NCBI RefSeq assembly: GCF_902652985.1
Contig: NC_047020.1
Coordinates: forward strand, 25,792,001 to 25,856,000
DNA: 64,000 nt
Origin: Pecten maximus
Taxonomy: Eukaryota
Direction: 5' to 3'
The notes beneath the pieces were generated by a model, which made no database searches, had not been told where the DNA came from, and worked only from the letters and a program-made list of their open reading frames with translations. Numbering within the stretch: position 1 is the first letter of the stretch; every line of letters begins with the position of its first letter. Position numbers and translations under genes: made by a program. Positions 41,301 to 54,860 of this stretch are shown piece by piece.

Positions 41301-44241
41301 TCCCCAGATAACCTACACATTACCCCTCTACTTCTACAGTGATATCCCCAGATAACCTACACATTACTCCTCTATTTCTACAGTGATATCCCCAGATAAC
41401 CTACATATCACTCCTCTATTTCTACAGTGATATCCCCAGATAACCTACACATTACTCCTCTATTTCTACAGTGATATCCCCAGATAACCTACACATTACT
41501 CCTCTATTTCTACAGTGATATCCCCAGATAACCTACATATCACTCCTCTATTTCTACAGTGATATCCCCAGATAACTTTCACATAACTCCTCTATTTCTA
41601 CAGAGATATCCCCAGATAACTTTCACATTACTCCTCTATTTCTACAGTGATATCCCCAGATAACCTACACATTACTCCTCTATTTCTACAATGATATCCC
41701 CAGATAACCTACACATTACTCCTCTATTTCTACAGTGATATCCCCAGATAACCTACATATCACTCCTCTATTTCTACAATGATATCCCCAGATAACCTAC
41801 ACATTACTCCTCTATTTCTACAGTGATATCCCCAGATAACCTACATATCACTCCTCTATTTCTACAGTGATATCCCCAGATAACCTACATATCACTCTTC
41901 TATTTCTACAGTGATATCCCCAGATAACCTACACATTACTCCTCTATTTCTACAGTGATATCCCCAGATAACCTACACATAACTTCTCTATTTCAACAAC
42001 ACTTAAACGTTTTACGAATTGATAATGATATTGGTAGCCCTCTCATTTGTTTTTGAAAGTCGTGCATAAGGATTTATATTCTAAGACATGTTATAGGATA
42101 TTCATATTTATTTTTAATGATCTAATGTCTCCCATTTGTTTTTGGCTCGATTCGTCTATTTCTATAGATAATATTATGCATACTCTATAAACCCTTCTTG
42201 GTATTCTGAATATATCAGACTGTATTAAAACCCAAAAACATCATCGATCATGAGAAACCATACCCCTAATAAAGGTGATATCACTGATGCCTTAACCCCT
42301 CTCGAAATGGGTGCCACTAATGAGATGGTAAAAACTTCATTTAGGGGAGCATCGATGAGAATCCCCCTCCACCATGCATGCATGCGAAGGCGGTGTCACA
42401 AGGAGGTGCCAGGGAGGTGGTAAGGGTTATATAGGAAGGGAGGTGGCCCAGAACGCTTGACTTGTGTACTACTATGTTAAGTTATATTTCCCAAATATGT
42501 GATACATCTTATTCCTTTATCATGAATTCATTAGCATTAATTTGAATACAGCTTACCAAAAGGACATGATGTATTATATCCAGTCACACATGTGTTAACT
42601 TGATGAGTCCATTCTGTACCTGGAGGACAAGGCTGCTGAATCCAGCCTCCATGGACGCAATGGTAATACGTTGAACTGTCGCATGGGTTGTATTTATAAA
42701 CATACCCGATGCATTTATCTGCAACAAAAGACAATAGATTTGAGACTAGAAACAATCCAGGCGAAAATTACATAAAAAGTAGTTTTATTTGATTAAAGAC
42801 TATAATTACTACCAATCGTTATAGTATTCACCATGACAACGCAGCACAATGTCGTAAGATAACAACACAATACCATGTTTTATTATAAGGAATATACATG
42901 TCATGACAATAGATGTACCCAATAGTCAACAATAGGCCATTTGTTTAAAACGTGTAACTGCAATACACATTATGTTTTTGTTTAATAATCGTGTGTTTCA
43001 GACAATATGAAAACGTGTTTAATAGTTCACGCTTCATATGCTAATACAGGTCACAGTGCAGAATGTGAAAACCGTACCATTGTTATCTATGCAACTAAAG
43101 GCCGCCGAAATGAATGTACCAAGTGTGAGAATCCAATACATGTCCTGAAACAAATGAATAACATTCAAAGTATAATTACAATTTTGTATAAAGAACAACA
43201 ACTCAAATTCACACGTTGTTTTTTTTGTGAGTAAGGGTGTGTGACAGACAAAAAGCCACTTCCGAAATGGGACCGTCGCGCTTTTTCCAGCACTTGTGAC
43301 ATTACAAACGATTTTTTGTTTGTTTTACTTAATTTTGTTCCTTTATTTATATTTTATTTTCGTTTTTAATGCGTCGTAGACCGTTCTGAGCGGTTATATT
43401 TGTCATTTGCGTTCGACGCTGTCGGACGATAAACCTTCCACAACTAAGGGAGATGGAAGGCTAACCATAGGACCGCTGGAGGCATGCTTCAGCTTAATGT
43501 GTGGTGAGTGAAGGCTGTGGTGGAGCAGTTGGCGGACGATACACGTTCAGAAAATAATGTGTCGTCATATCTTGACGAATTATTGACACAAACATAATCT
43601 ATATTAGGTTAATCTAAGTGATCCCCTCGTTTTTCAAACTCCTGAAAGAGCAAATGTAGACAATATTTCTTTCGATATCTTAGCTAATATTAAGGTCGAT
43701 AGACCGATATGTTTTTGTCATCCCGGACCTATATGCAGACAACGATGTCTTGTCAAAGGACATAACCACGAAAGTGCAGACCGGTCCGATTCTAAGTTGC
43801 CCGAGAAACACAAACCGCCCTGGGTAGGTGAAATGTCGAACCACACACTCTGGAACTTCGTCTGAGGTTAAGGGGCCGGCACTCTAGCGCGGCCCTGAAG
43901 CATGGTGTAGCACGACTTGGGTTTTCTGATTGTTTGTCAAGCATAGCATTTAAGCATTCTATTAACAATTAACAAATTCGAAATGCATTTGTTTCCAGTT
44001 AAATACCATATCCATTTAATCCGTTGATGTTCACTCGTAAATATAGTGCTCGTGAAATATAAAATAATGTTGAATCAATTAGCTATTCATTATAAGTTTG
44101 ATTAAATACTTTGTAATGCAATCAAACTAAGGATAACACAAAATACAACTCTTAACTCATCAAAACAAGCAGCAATGTTATAATACTCACCATGGCCATC
44201 AGTACCCTCCAGTGAAGTATGTTAATACTCACCATGGCCAT
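35392..44241 (-). CDS. Membrane-anchored chitin-binding (CBM14/peritrophin-A-like) protein, paralogue A (short stalk)
   Basis: Exons 44241-44233 (ATG GCC ATG; duplicate copy at 44199-44191), 43144-43078 (signal peptide DMYWILTLGTFISAAFSC), 42718-42557 (6-Cys domain, YYHCVHGGWIQQPCPPGTEW), 35783-35392 (stalk, CMC, SAKDNRTSS, TM, stop). Phases 0,1,1 are consistent; about 209 aa. Confidence 0.82.
37750..41995. repeat. 44-bp satellite array, about 96 copies, in intron 3 of paralogue A
   Basis: Unit CAGTGATATCCCCAGATAACCTACACATTACTCCTCTATTTCTA (period confirmed: 660 bp = 15 units); degenerate copies extend left to about 37390. Confidence 0.98.
43690..43900 (-). mobile_element. SINE relic
   Basis: Reverse complement gives tRNA-like TAGAGTGCCGG...GGTTCGAC followed by TGTCCTTTGACAAGACA, as in the other SINE bodies. 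Confidence 0.45.
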
Positions 44242-44274
44242 CACTACCCTCCAGTGAAGTATGTGGCGGGAATG

Positions 44275-44288
44275 TCAGCGTTATACTC
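44275..44288 (-). promoter_or_regulatory. TATA-like core promoter motif of paralogue A
   Basis: GAGTATAACGCTGA on the - strand about 40 nt upstream of the first donor; 13/14 identical to the motif upstream of paralogue B. Confidence 0.45.
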
Positions 44289-45478
44289 ATACATATTCCT
44301 GGTACTTACCAATTTAATCAATTCGCTCATGTTACAGAGAAAAATTATTGTTATACACCAGGCTTGGCCTATTATTCAAATGCAGGTAACAATAAATTAT
44401 GTATAGTGCTGTGCTATGTTTCCTGATACTGTGTTACGCAATATTTATGATCGAGCACATGATAGTTCTGCTCACGTTTTCATATAACGGTATTGATGTT
44501 AATCAATCAATGGATGTAATAAATCGTAAAATTTTATAAAATGCTTTATCTAAAACGTATTCCGATTGATAGGAATATCATCATAGAATGATACACGTTC
44601 GTTGTATACACATATCTGCTGTGTTTAGGTTGACAAGTAACCATGAAAATAAATACAGCGAATTATGTTGAAATACTATCATATTATTTGTTCACGAGGT
44701 ACCCACACATATTTGGACTTCAATGTGTTGTTGAAACATATGTAGCTTAACACAAGGAAGGAGAGTACCCACGGATATGACTTATTGTACATTTATTCTT
44801 TAGAATGAAAACAATGGCGACGGGCGATTTTTAATGAATACAATCCGAAAACGTGTCATTTTGCCTCCACTGTAATAAAACTCTCTTCAAATTTATGGCA
44901 AGTGCTTATCCCCCTCCCTTTTACAAATCAATTTGTTATTTGACATGTTACCTCCATGTTGTAGAGCTCTGTTTGCTGCATTGACTCATTCTAAACGCGT
45001 GTACCAAATAAAAACCAGCAATACAAATGTGTGGCGATAAATTGGCTCACTTTTTTAGGAGTGGCCGCAATTATTTTATTTTATTTTCATTCTTTTATGT
45101 TGATAATGATAATTGAAAAGATTTTGATTATTAATAGTATTTCTTTGAATTCTTTGTATGAATAACACCTTATACAGCAAAGGTGAGCGGAAGATAGATT
45201 AGTCCGCCAAAATGACAATATATAAATGATATATATTGTCATCCGAAACGTGTCATTTTAAGCTGAAGAAGTGTTTAAAAATGAACATAACAATTCTCTA
45301 CATCCGTGGTGATGATGATGAGTCATATACATCAAGCAGTATCAATACACAGCAGACATTTTTCATTAATACATCCTTCAATAATAACTTTTTGACAACA
45401 AATAATATATAAGTGTGAAAGGTGAAAGGCAGAAGAGCAAATTAAAATGATTTCAACTTTAAATAGCGGGAAGTAAAT

Positions 45479-45508
<30 letters not shown>
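45479..45508. repeat. Poly-G tract
   Basis: About 30 G. Confidence 0.95.
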
Positions 45509-45511
<3 letters not shown>

Positions 45512-46379
45512 GATCATACCCTTTAGCCACTTTTGAAATAAACCTTTATGCATATTTGTACAAATATCATTCCAATATACATGTATATAATGTATTTTAG
45601 ATTTGAATTAGATTTGACTTTATATGTATATCCTAGGTTGATAAGTCATATACTTGATCGGATGCATATCAAAAACAAAAATGCATGAAAAAAATGGAAG
45701 CCATACAGACAACCAGCATATGCTGATTATCAATTATTGTATTCTAGATTTTTGCCGTAAAACATGCATACATAATTTATCGACGATGCTAAATTCTGTA
45801 AATTAACCGTCGGTACATTGATTGTAATTGATATATATTGATTTTACTGGTGAAACGTGACATTTGTCTTCATTTTTCGGTTTACGTGGGCATATCACTA
45901 TCACGTGCTGACATATGTCACTCTAGAAAAAGGATATTCGGTTTGTTTGTTTATTTTTTATTTTTTATTTTTTTATTTTTTTATCTTTATTTTGATTTTT
46001 GATTTTTGTCAAGCTGAAAGTATTTTAGTGAACGACTTATCGCATCACCCTTTAGGTAAGGGCATGCTTTTAGTTTTCCTCACACAAATGAAAGCGCAAT
46101 AAGTATTTTCAAATACAAAAATAAGTACACCTTCGTTCTTTTTTTTTTTTTTTTTTGCTTCGCATCTTACTAAATATGTTATTTTAAGACGAAATATTAT
46201 ATGTAAAGAAATGATATTAATAATACAACATTAATATAGCGCACTATCTAATTTGTATTCACAATACATAAGTTAAACAATGTACAGAATATAAATAACC
46301 TATATCGACTAGAACATTTAGATAATACATGTGTACATGACGTCATCAAGAGACTCCAAAAAGCACATAAACAAGTGAG

Positions 46380-47030
46380 TTTTAGCCTCATTATTGACTT
46401 TGTCCAAGATAACAGATACTAAGCTGTTCCACAAAGTGGCTGCTACCTTTCCAAAGCACCGGTTACCTTTAGTCATGGTACGTGAGTTTGGAACGCGTAA
46501 CTAGGGTTCTGCTAGTAGTAGTAATACATGTAGTAGTGATCGTGACGGCTGGTAGAGAGTGACAAGTTCCTGTTAATACACCGGAGCTGTTCCATTTATT
46601 GCATTGTATGTGTACATCAAAATATTGTATTGTGACCTGAAGCGCATAGGTAGGCAATGCATTAAATAATGCACTGTCATGATGTACTTTCTCTTTCGAG
46701 TGCGGGAAACCAGGCGTGCTGCAATGTTCTGGACCCTCTACAAGCAACTAATCGATGAATCAGATACAACAAAAAGCAAAGCATTACCATAGGCTAATCG
46801 AGAATTAAGCCGCGAATGCACCAATGTCTTGCATGCAATAGTTGTCATGAACTGCCAGATACGCCCGATGTTTCTGATTTGGTAATAAAAGGAACTTGTG
46901 ATAGCGTTTACCTCTTTCTCCGTGTTCAAAACGTTATCATAATGTACATGTACATGTACACCAAGGTTCTTCACCACTTTCACTGCCTCAATAGTTTGGG
47001 CACCAACCATTAGCTGGAGACCTTTCGTGT
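46380..47030 (-). mobile_element. L2/CR1-group LINE 3' fragment (ORF2 C-terminus, degraded)
   Basis: Translation VKNLGV...VNAITSSFYYQIRNIGRIWQFMTTIACKTLVHSRLNSRLAYGNALL, typical of the post-RT region of L2/CR1 ORF2; stops and frameshifts present. Confidence 0.85.
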
Positions 47031-47199
47031 GTTGTCACTTACACTTCTTTTTAACATTGACGATCTAATGTTGATAGCAATTATTATGTCTGTTCTCGTT
47101 AATTATTCACATAATACAGTTTTACACATCACAAGAATATAAATTGAATGAAATGACATACTATAGGAATGGCTTCGAGGAAATACCACCCACCAGATA

Positions 47200-50100
47200 T
47201 CACAATGGGAAAACAACTCGAATTCGCCTGAACGCTAAAAAATACGTGAATAAATCAACCAAGTCAAACATTACAATGATGATAATGGGCGTGGTCAACA
47301 GAGTGGCCCCTGTGTATCCCATTATCTTTGACGTTATACGATTGTCTTTGGCTGACAGTTTCCGACGAATATGTGTCGCTAATAAAGTCTTGTTTAATAA
47401 CAGATCTTTTTTAATTGCTTTCACGATATTGGTCAATTCTTCCTTTGTGATGTTAGCATACTTCTGATGGACAGGTAGGCATGGACACATAGGTTTGGTG
47501 GTAAAAATAGAAAAATGTGAAGTAGTCACTAGGGCACTGTTTAGAGTAACGTCCGAAGAAATGTCTAGTGTAATGTCTCGTGAAGTGTCTGGGGTTATGT
47601 CTGGTGTAGTGTCGCGTAATATGTCAGGAGTAGTGTCTTGTGTAGTGTCTGCAGAAATGGTTCGATAAGTGTCTGGGGAAGTGTCTAGTGCAGTGCCGGA
47701 GGTGTTCATTGTAGTGTCTAAAGAAGTGTCTAGAGTAGCGTCTAGGGTGATGCCAAGAGTACTGTCTGGAGAATTATCTAGAGTATTGTAGGAAGAAGTG
47801 TCTAGATTATTGTCTGTAGAAGTCTCTAGAATAGTGTTCGGTGTAGTGTATATAGTAGTATCTGGAGATGTGTCTGAAGAAGTGTCCGGGGAAGTGTCAA
47901 TAGTAGTATCTGGAGATATGTCTGAAGTAGTGTCCGGGGAAGTGTCTATAGTAGTATCTGGAGATGTGTCTGAAGTAGTGCCCGGGGAAGTGTCTATAGT
48001 AGTATCTGGAGATGTGTCTGAAGTAGTGTCCGAGGAAGTGTCTATAGTAGTATCTGGAGATGTGTCTGAAGTAGTGCCCGGAGAAGTACTAGGAGCAACA
48101 TCTAGAGGAGTGTCTAAAGTAGGGAATTTAGTAGTTCGTAAAATATTGTATTGATAAGTGTATGGAGCAGTGGCTGGTGAAGTGTCTGGATAAGCATCTA
48201 GAGTAGTATGTCTTTTAACAGCCGACGTTGGTGGCGCAGCTCCAGGTGTAGTACTCGATGCAGAACCTGGATGAAAATTATAGGGATTGTTTTAATGAAA
48301 AATAAATAAATAAAAGCTTCATGTATTTACAAGGAAATCAGAAATACATAGAATATATAACATTGAGATTTATATAAATTGATGAAGTTTTGATAATATT
48401 TTAATAATTTTAACAATATATGTATATGTATAATCAGTGCAGCTAAGAAATAGCAATGTCAGTTTATGACATTTATTTATGTTTAAGTGTAGTTACAAAT
48501 ATATTTTCCACAAAACTATTACATAGTTATAGATATAAAATACAAATTAGAAATATATTTTTGAATGAGTCCAGTCCCTAACCTGAAGTTATAGCTATCT
48601 TCGTCACTACAAACAAAAAGCTCTGTATTATTCTAAGAACTGTTACCCGTATTGGAGAAGTATACTGCTAATTGATAGGTATTGCATTACAGGCATTATA
48701 TCATGTTTTCACATTTTTTTTTGCCATTTCGTCTTCGTGAATTGGATCACTTACAAGTCAATATCAATGTCCTTTATCTATATTCGAAGATTAATTGAAA
48801 AGTAAAAAGGAGCGAGTACTTCGAAATGAAAATGTATCTCTTCATAATTTAACAACTCGCTCATATTCAGTATAACATTCCTTCTCCCACACCTAAGATA
48901 TACATTACCCTACACGACTGTTAATTACCATAAGGACACGCCGTATTGAATGAAGATCCAGGAATAACACACGATAATATGCTTTGACTCCACTTAGTAC
49001 CTACAGGACATGGCTTGGTCAACCATTTGCCAGCACTGTTACATAGGAAAAAAGTCGAAAGATTGCTCGGGTTACATTTAAAATCACCAGCATCGCAAAC
49101 GCCTAAAAACAAAAAACAAAAACAAAAACTACTGATTGGGTAGTTAGAATAATCAACGTCCAATTTAACATTAATGATCGCAATATCATAAAGATAGTAT
49201 TTTCTCTAATGTAATTGGAAATATATGAAGTACCACCTGTAAAACATGACTCGGATTATTATTCCGATAGTTATTACAATAAACTTATTTTCGTCTCGTA
49301 AGTCTTTAGGAATTCACTTTCGTTTTATTATTTGAAAATGCACTTTTCTAACTTAAACCCAATGAGTTTAGGCGAGGAAGAGCTCAAGTATTGATGTTTT
49401 CTGCCCGTCCTCGTTTTATTATTTGAAAATGCAAGCTCAAAATTGATTCATATCTTAGAAGGTGACTTGCTAGAGATTTCCATCCAATGTATCCGTTGGG
49501 TGTCGTCGGTGAAGCAGAAACGTGCAACCTTCCGGAACAACTAGTCTTAATCCCCTTGTGGTCTTTAGTTTCTCTGCATAATTTATTCTTTTGATATTTT
49601 TTTCCCCGTTTCATCGAATAAGAGATTGAGCCACGATCCACTTTCATTGATTGACGACATACATAAACTATAACATACCAAGCCTATGACACTTATAAAT
49701 TATGGACCTATGGTGGAGTTAAAATGGCGTTATACCGACCGGGTCGAAGTCGCCCGATGTTATTTGCGAAAGGGTGGAATCGCACTATATTTATCTTGAT
49801 GACATGAAATTCACACTGGGGCATTATGACGTCTCAATGCGTATTAGGCCATAAACGCAATATTAAATCGATGTTTCTAAAAAAAGAAATAACAAGTCCA
49901 TGTCTTAAAATATTAATCCCCATATGACCATATTTGACAAATAAGATTTTAAAATGTCGGATCAAAGCTAATATAACGAATGCTGCAATGTACAATATAA
50001 GATGACACGGGCAGCCTAACAAGACAACCGATGATAACATACACAAACTTTGATGACGTCACACAATCCATGCTGTCTTTAAAACATGTTACGTATGGAT

Positions 50101-52211
50101 TTGTGCACATCAAGGCAATTGACGGAACAGTGACATTTAGCTAATTAAACCACCTACTTTGTATATTTGTATTGTTTGTTTGTTTGCTTGGAGTATCGCC
50201 CCGTCAACAGCCAGGATCATTTTGAAACGGGGTCAACTTTGTAGTAGTTGGTGACTACCTCATTTAACAACATACAGGAGGCCCGTCGCATGCCACTTAG
50301 GTAAAGTGAAGTGTCTTGCCCAATGATACAACCAGGACAGCACGAACCGGCCTGTTTCTCAACTTGAGAAACACTAACCACTTCAGATTAAGAGCGTCGA
50401 ACTACGAACCTCGGATCTTCGACACCAAGGTTACGTGGCCGTAAGCATCTTGTTATTTTTTTTATAGTAACATCCTGTAAATATCAATTATAGTACCACG
50501 TGTAGATAGAGAGTGTTTCTGGCAGTGATAAATACGTTGTGTTCAATACACATACTAAACCGTATACACAAGCCACGCCACATGATTTTGAGACATGGTA
50601 TAGGGATCAAACTTACTCGAGACTTTGCCTTGTGTCATCCAAATGCTTGTGCACAGGGTAAGAATCCAAAACAAGTCCTGAAACATACGGTTAAGATGCA
50701 TACCGTAATTGTTGAATGCTATTTATTAAATGAAAAGAGAGAGCATGCACTGCATTGAACTTTCAAACGATTGCAATATATATTTAAGTTTCAATACTTT
50801 TAAACAATATTTTGATGACTGATAATTATTCATTCTTTTATTATTACCTGAGCACAGAAAACCACACGGTTGTGTATATACAAATAAATGTACATTCTTA
50901 CTGAGATTGAGTTGTATATGCCTTTATATCACAGCAACGTAACCGGCTCAAAGCGGTTTAAAAATTGCCGTCTCAATCAAATTTTTTTTGTCGTAAAGAG
51001 GCAGTCGAATTAATCTCCCAGACAAGAGGAAACAGATTATCAATGAAAGTCAGTTTGAAAATTATTTAACAAACTTCTAGGGGTACCGACTACTTACCAC
51101 TAAAATATCCAAATTGTTCATGCTAACAAATTATATAATCACTGCAAATGCTGTTAAAAAAATTTAATCGGCATGTGCAATCTTGAAATTATGTGTTTCT
51201 GTCTCGATGGCACTTTCTGCTTATTAATTTATTATTATTCATTCTATAAAAGTGATATTTTTCACTAGTGAAAAAATATCACTTTTGCTGATTTGACCAA
51301 TCAAATTAATGATTAGAAAATACCAAAATAATTGACCAATCAGAAAGCCCGACATATGTCAGCACCTGGACAGGGGAAACTACTTTTTTTGTTTACAAAT
51401 TATCGCTGTAGGCCTAGTTAGCATACGGGGTAGGTTTTTCGTTGATAAAAAATTTAATAAACAGAATAATTTAACAGTGTCTTCAGTAATACCAAATATA
51501 TTTCACTCGTGTGGCTAATATTTTGATATTTTTCACTCGTGCTGTGCACTCGTGAAAAATATCAAAATATTAGCCCCACTAGTGAAATATATTTGGTACT
51601 ACTGAAGACACTGTTAGATATCCTCTATTTTTTGTGACGGAAAAAAAAACAAAAAAAAACGCTATGAATACGCCTCAAATGGTTGTACCAAAGAAACACA
51701 AGGCATCTTTAAGTACAGATTGACAGCTAGAAACGAAACATTATAGCAAACATGAATTAGACTGTATCATACAGCTGATTCGTCCTTCTAGGATTCGTCA
51801 GTGACACCAAAGGCCTAAAGTGTTGTTACCTAGGAGACAACTTAAAAATACAGAACTAAATGTAAAAGTCTAGATATGGAGGTGAAATGGTCACATAATT
51901 GATAACATTTCATAATTCTCAATATTGGGATATAAGGAATGAAGGAAATTTAACGTTTTTGCTTTTTTACTTTCAAATACATACATAGTTCATTACCACA
52001 ACATATTCATGGAACCTTTAGATATATATTATTAACGCCAATAAAATAAGATATTTAACTGAATTCAATTCTATTTAATTTGGAGGTGACCTTCCAAAAC
52101 GCGTCATGTAGTGCAGATTAAGAAATAAATGCGAATTATTTGTCAAACAATTGTATCTTAAGTAAATTGTCTATTTAAAGCATCACCTCATTAGAATGCT
52201 GTACTCACCAT
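47200..52211 (-). CDS. Membrane-anchored chitin-binding (CBM14-like) mucin-stalk protein, paralogue B
   Basis: Exons 52211-52209 (ATG|gtgagt), 50677-50617 (signal peptide DLFWILTLCTSIWMTQG), 49102-48929 (6-Cys domain, FFLCNSAGKWLTKPCPVGTKW), 48266-47200 (open frame checked by hand: DT(T/S)(P/S) repeats, CPC, SAKDNRITS, TM). About 434 aa. Confidence 0.85.
50174..50445 (-). mobile_element. tRNA-derived SINE, same family as 17174-17371
   Basis: Reverse complement shares GAGG.AGTCACCAACT...TTCAAAATGA.CCTG.CTGTTGA and the (CAAA)n tail. Confidence 0.7.
51241..51628 (+). mobile_element. Non-autonomous element with a terminal hairpin (CACTCGTG core, ATATCCTCTAT end)
   Basis: Hairpin about 51472-51616; related, internally deleted copy at 63296-63618. 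Confidence 0.72.
51764..51807 (-). ncRNA. Type I minimal hammerhead ribozyme-like motif, two core-adjacent substitutions
   Basis: Minus strand GTGTCA-CTGACGA-ATCCT-AGA-AGGAC-GAAT-CAGCTG-TA-TGATAC; 6-bp stem I, stem II, palindromic stem III. Confidence 0.55.
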
Positions 52212-52258
52212 TGCATCTGTCCCTTCCTAGATGTGATGTGTATTAGAAAGTCCAAGAA

Positions 52259-52272
52259 TCAGCCTTATACTC
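52259..52272 (-). promoter_or_regulatory. TATA-like core promoter motif of paralogue B
   Basis: GAGTATAAGGCTGA on the - strand about 50 nt upstream of ATG|GT; shared with paralogue A. Confidence 0.45.
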
Positions 52273-54860
52273 CTACTACCCAAGATGATTTAATCAACCT
52301 ACATTTAGATCATGTCACAGTACAACGTTGGGGTATACATAGGTTGACCCTCTTATTCAGTTTCTAAAAACAAAATGCATAAACTTTTCGATATTTTCCG
52401 ATACTTTGGCACATAAAACGATAAAATGTAATGGAGTAACATATATTCGTGCTCAGCTCAATCTCGAAGTGATGCAATCAAAAAGATGGCACAACCAGCT
52501 AAGCAGATCAATATGAAGCGATTGTATTTTGGAAAGCCTTCCATATGTTCTTCGCTTATTCGTCATTTTTTCTGAAATTCCATTATATGTATTCGTTTTT
52601 GCCCCCACTCGTTCACTGTTTTTGTTTAGTCAATTAATAATTAAGAATAGGCGCATGTTCCACCAAAAAAATGGAAGTTTTGCTTGACATAAACCAAATA
52701 ATGACGAAATTTTCATTCCTGATGTCATATATAATCTCCGTATACGTTAAAAGGAAAACACTTGGAAATAATTTTCATATAATGCTTCTTATTATTTTCG
52801 AAGATGTTGTCAACTCCATGAATTCCTCTGTATAAAAGTAATTAGCTTCGGATTTCTCGTCTTTATGATTGATGTACAAATCTGGAAATCAATTTCTAGC
52901 AATTTATTCTTCCAAGGTTTCCTGGCTCATCCTTTTGTAGTTTACATCTTATCGATTAAAGACGGAATCATGATGGGAAAACTTGTTTTCTAAAGAGAGT
53001 CGCCCTTTGTGTGCTGGGATTATCATCGTAATCTTCTTATTCAAGTAAGGTTGATTCCGTACGTCCAGTTTATTAGTTTTACTCATAAATTCAATGTTAT
53101 TACCTCAGTTCCACTAGAAACGTTGATATGCATGAGAAACCTTTCATTGCGTCCTATCTGTATCAGTTATTTTTACCCTACAAATCGGAGTTTAATTAAT
53201 TGAAATCAGCTTTGCAATTCGCATTTAATTCAGACATAAGCTTTTCAGCAATAGTTTGTGATATATATATACATGTGTTCATATCATTCTTATTGCATGA
53301 TAGGAATGTAAAACTAATAATGTTAATAATATCCACTTAATACTATTAAATAGGGTTTTTAAAAACCAATTCATCAATATATCGAAGTTATGTCTGGTTG
53401 AAAAATCTTTTGGATTTTCTTCATTCGATACGAATACTCCGATGTTATAGTAATGATGATAATACAGCGACTGTATTTGTTAAGTATTGGTTTAAAATTA
53501 GCACTGCAAATGTTAACTATTAACCTTTCAAACGATCAGAGGTACAATTTAGCAAGCACAAGTTATCTTAAATAGAGCAGTTTTCTCACATCCGATTGAA
53601 ACTCCCGTCTAAACAAACATTGTTCGAAGTAATGCTAAATGTTGACCAATCATAGGCTTCCGTTCAAATTACCATTACTAGTGCTTTTATACCCCACGAA
53701 ATTTGCTTGATGTTGTAGGACAACATTGTTTGATCCAATGTAAAACATGAATCATTGCACCACGCCAATCGATCAATGAATCCGATATAATTTCAATCAA
53801 TTAAAGTATTAGCAAAGCTTCGAGTGTAATATCATTTTTAATTAACCAACCAATTTTCTGTCACTAAAAATCTAAAAATATCAACAGCAGTAAAATATAA
53901 ATATTTACACATCACAAAATATATAAAGCTCATTTTTCTGTCCATGTATATTAAGCACATGAAGTAAATAGCGAAATAAACACGGTGCAGCTCTGACAAT
54001 ATATTGAGCGAGATGTGATACGTTAAAAAAAACTGCACATCACCTTTTGTTTTGTGTCACCTAAGAAGACTTCTATCATAATATGAGTCAAAGCTTTGGT
54101 ACTGCGCAAAACAATATTCACAGATATTTGAAATTGTTTTTAATGGATATGTTCAAGGCTGAAATATGAGAAATGCACATATCATCTCCTCGGTGACATA
54201 CATGGACATTGTGTTGATATCATTAACATGACTGTTTATTAATCCCTTTTACATTTCTAAAATTACCGATGAATGATAAATTATGGATTTTTAACTTCCT
54301 CGTTTACAGTGGATTTCTAAATTAAAGAATTCTTATGATCCTTGTTTCAATGCAGACTCGGCCCGTTATCCAGATAAGTCTTTGTCAAAACTTTCAAGTA
54401 CCATCTTTACTTTATTGTGATACTGTATAATGAAATGAATGTATGTCTTTTTATGAATTTACGAAGCTTTTGAACGAATTATGAACATGTGCTCCTTAAG
54501 ACTTCTCTCCTATCAAAAATTATTCACTTTCTTGATTATCATCCTTATTTTGATTCGACAAGATCGCCCAACAGACTATTGACATAGATACGTGAACAAC
54601 ATGTACCCCTCTCTTACGACTTTATTGAAGAACTTATCAGAAGAGGTAACATAGTCCATGCAAAAGCAATGATGTTCCTTGATATGAAGTAAGATGCGTT
54701 CGATGATTATAGATATGAAGTAAGACACAGTTGATGATCGTTGATATGAAGTTCGTCGATGAAACAAAAGACGCTTATTCTTCCGAAACACACGGTCCAA
54801 TACAATTTATATTCTTAGCATTTCTGTCACCGTTTTATCTGATTTGATAAAGTATTTCGT

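Noticed and set aside
37750-41995. CRISPR-like array
   Set aside because: Head-to-tail 44-bp units with no unique spacers, eukaryotic context, no cas genes.
47798-48154. Val/Ser-rich + strand ORF
   Set aside because: Antisense shadow of the paralogue B mucin exon.
52540-53260. Possible LINE RT relic
   Set aside because: Could not recover convincing RT motifs by hand.
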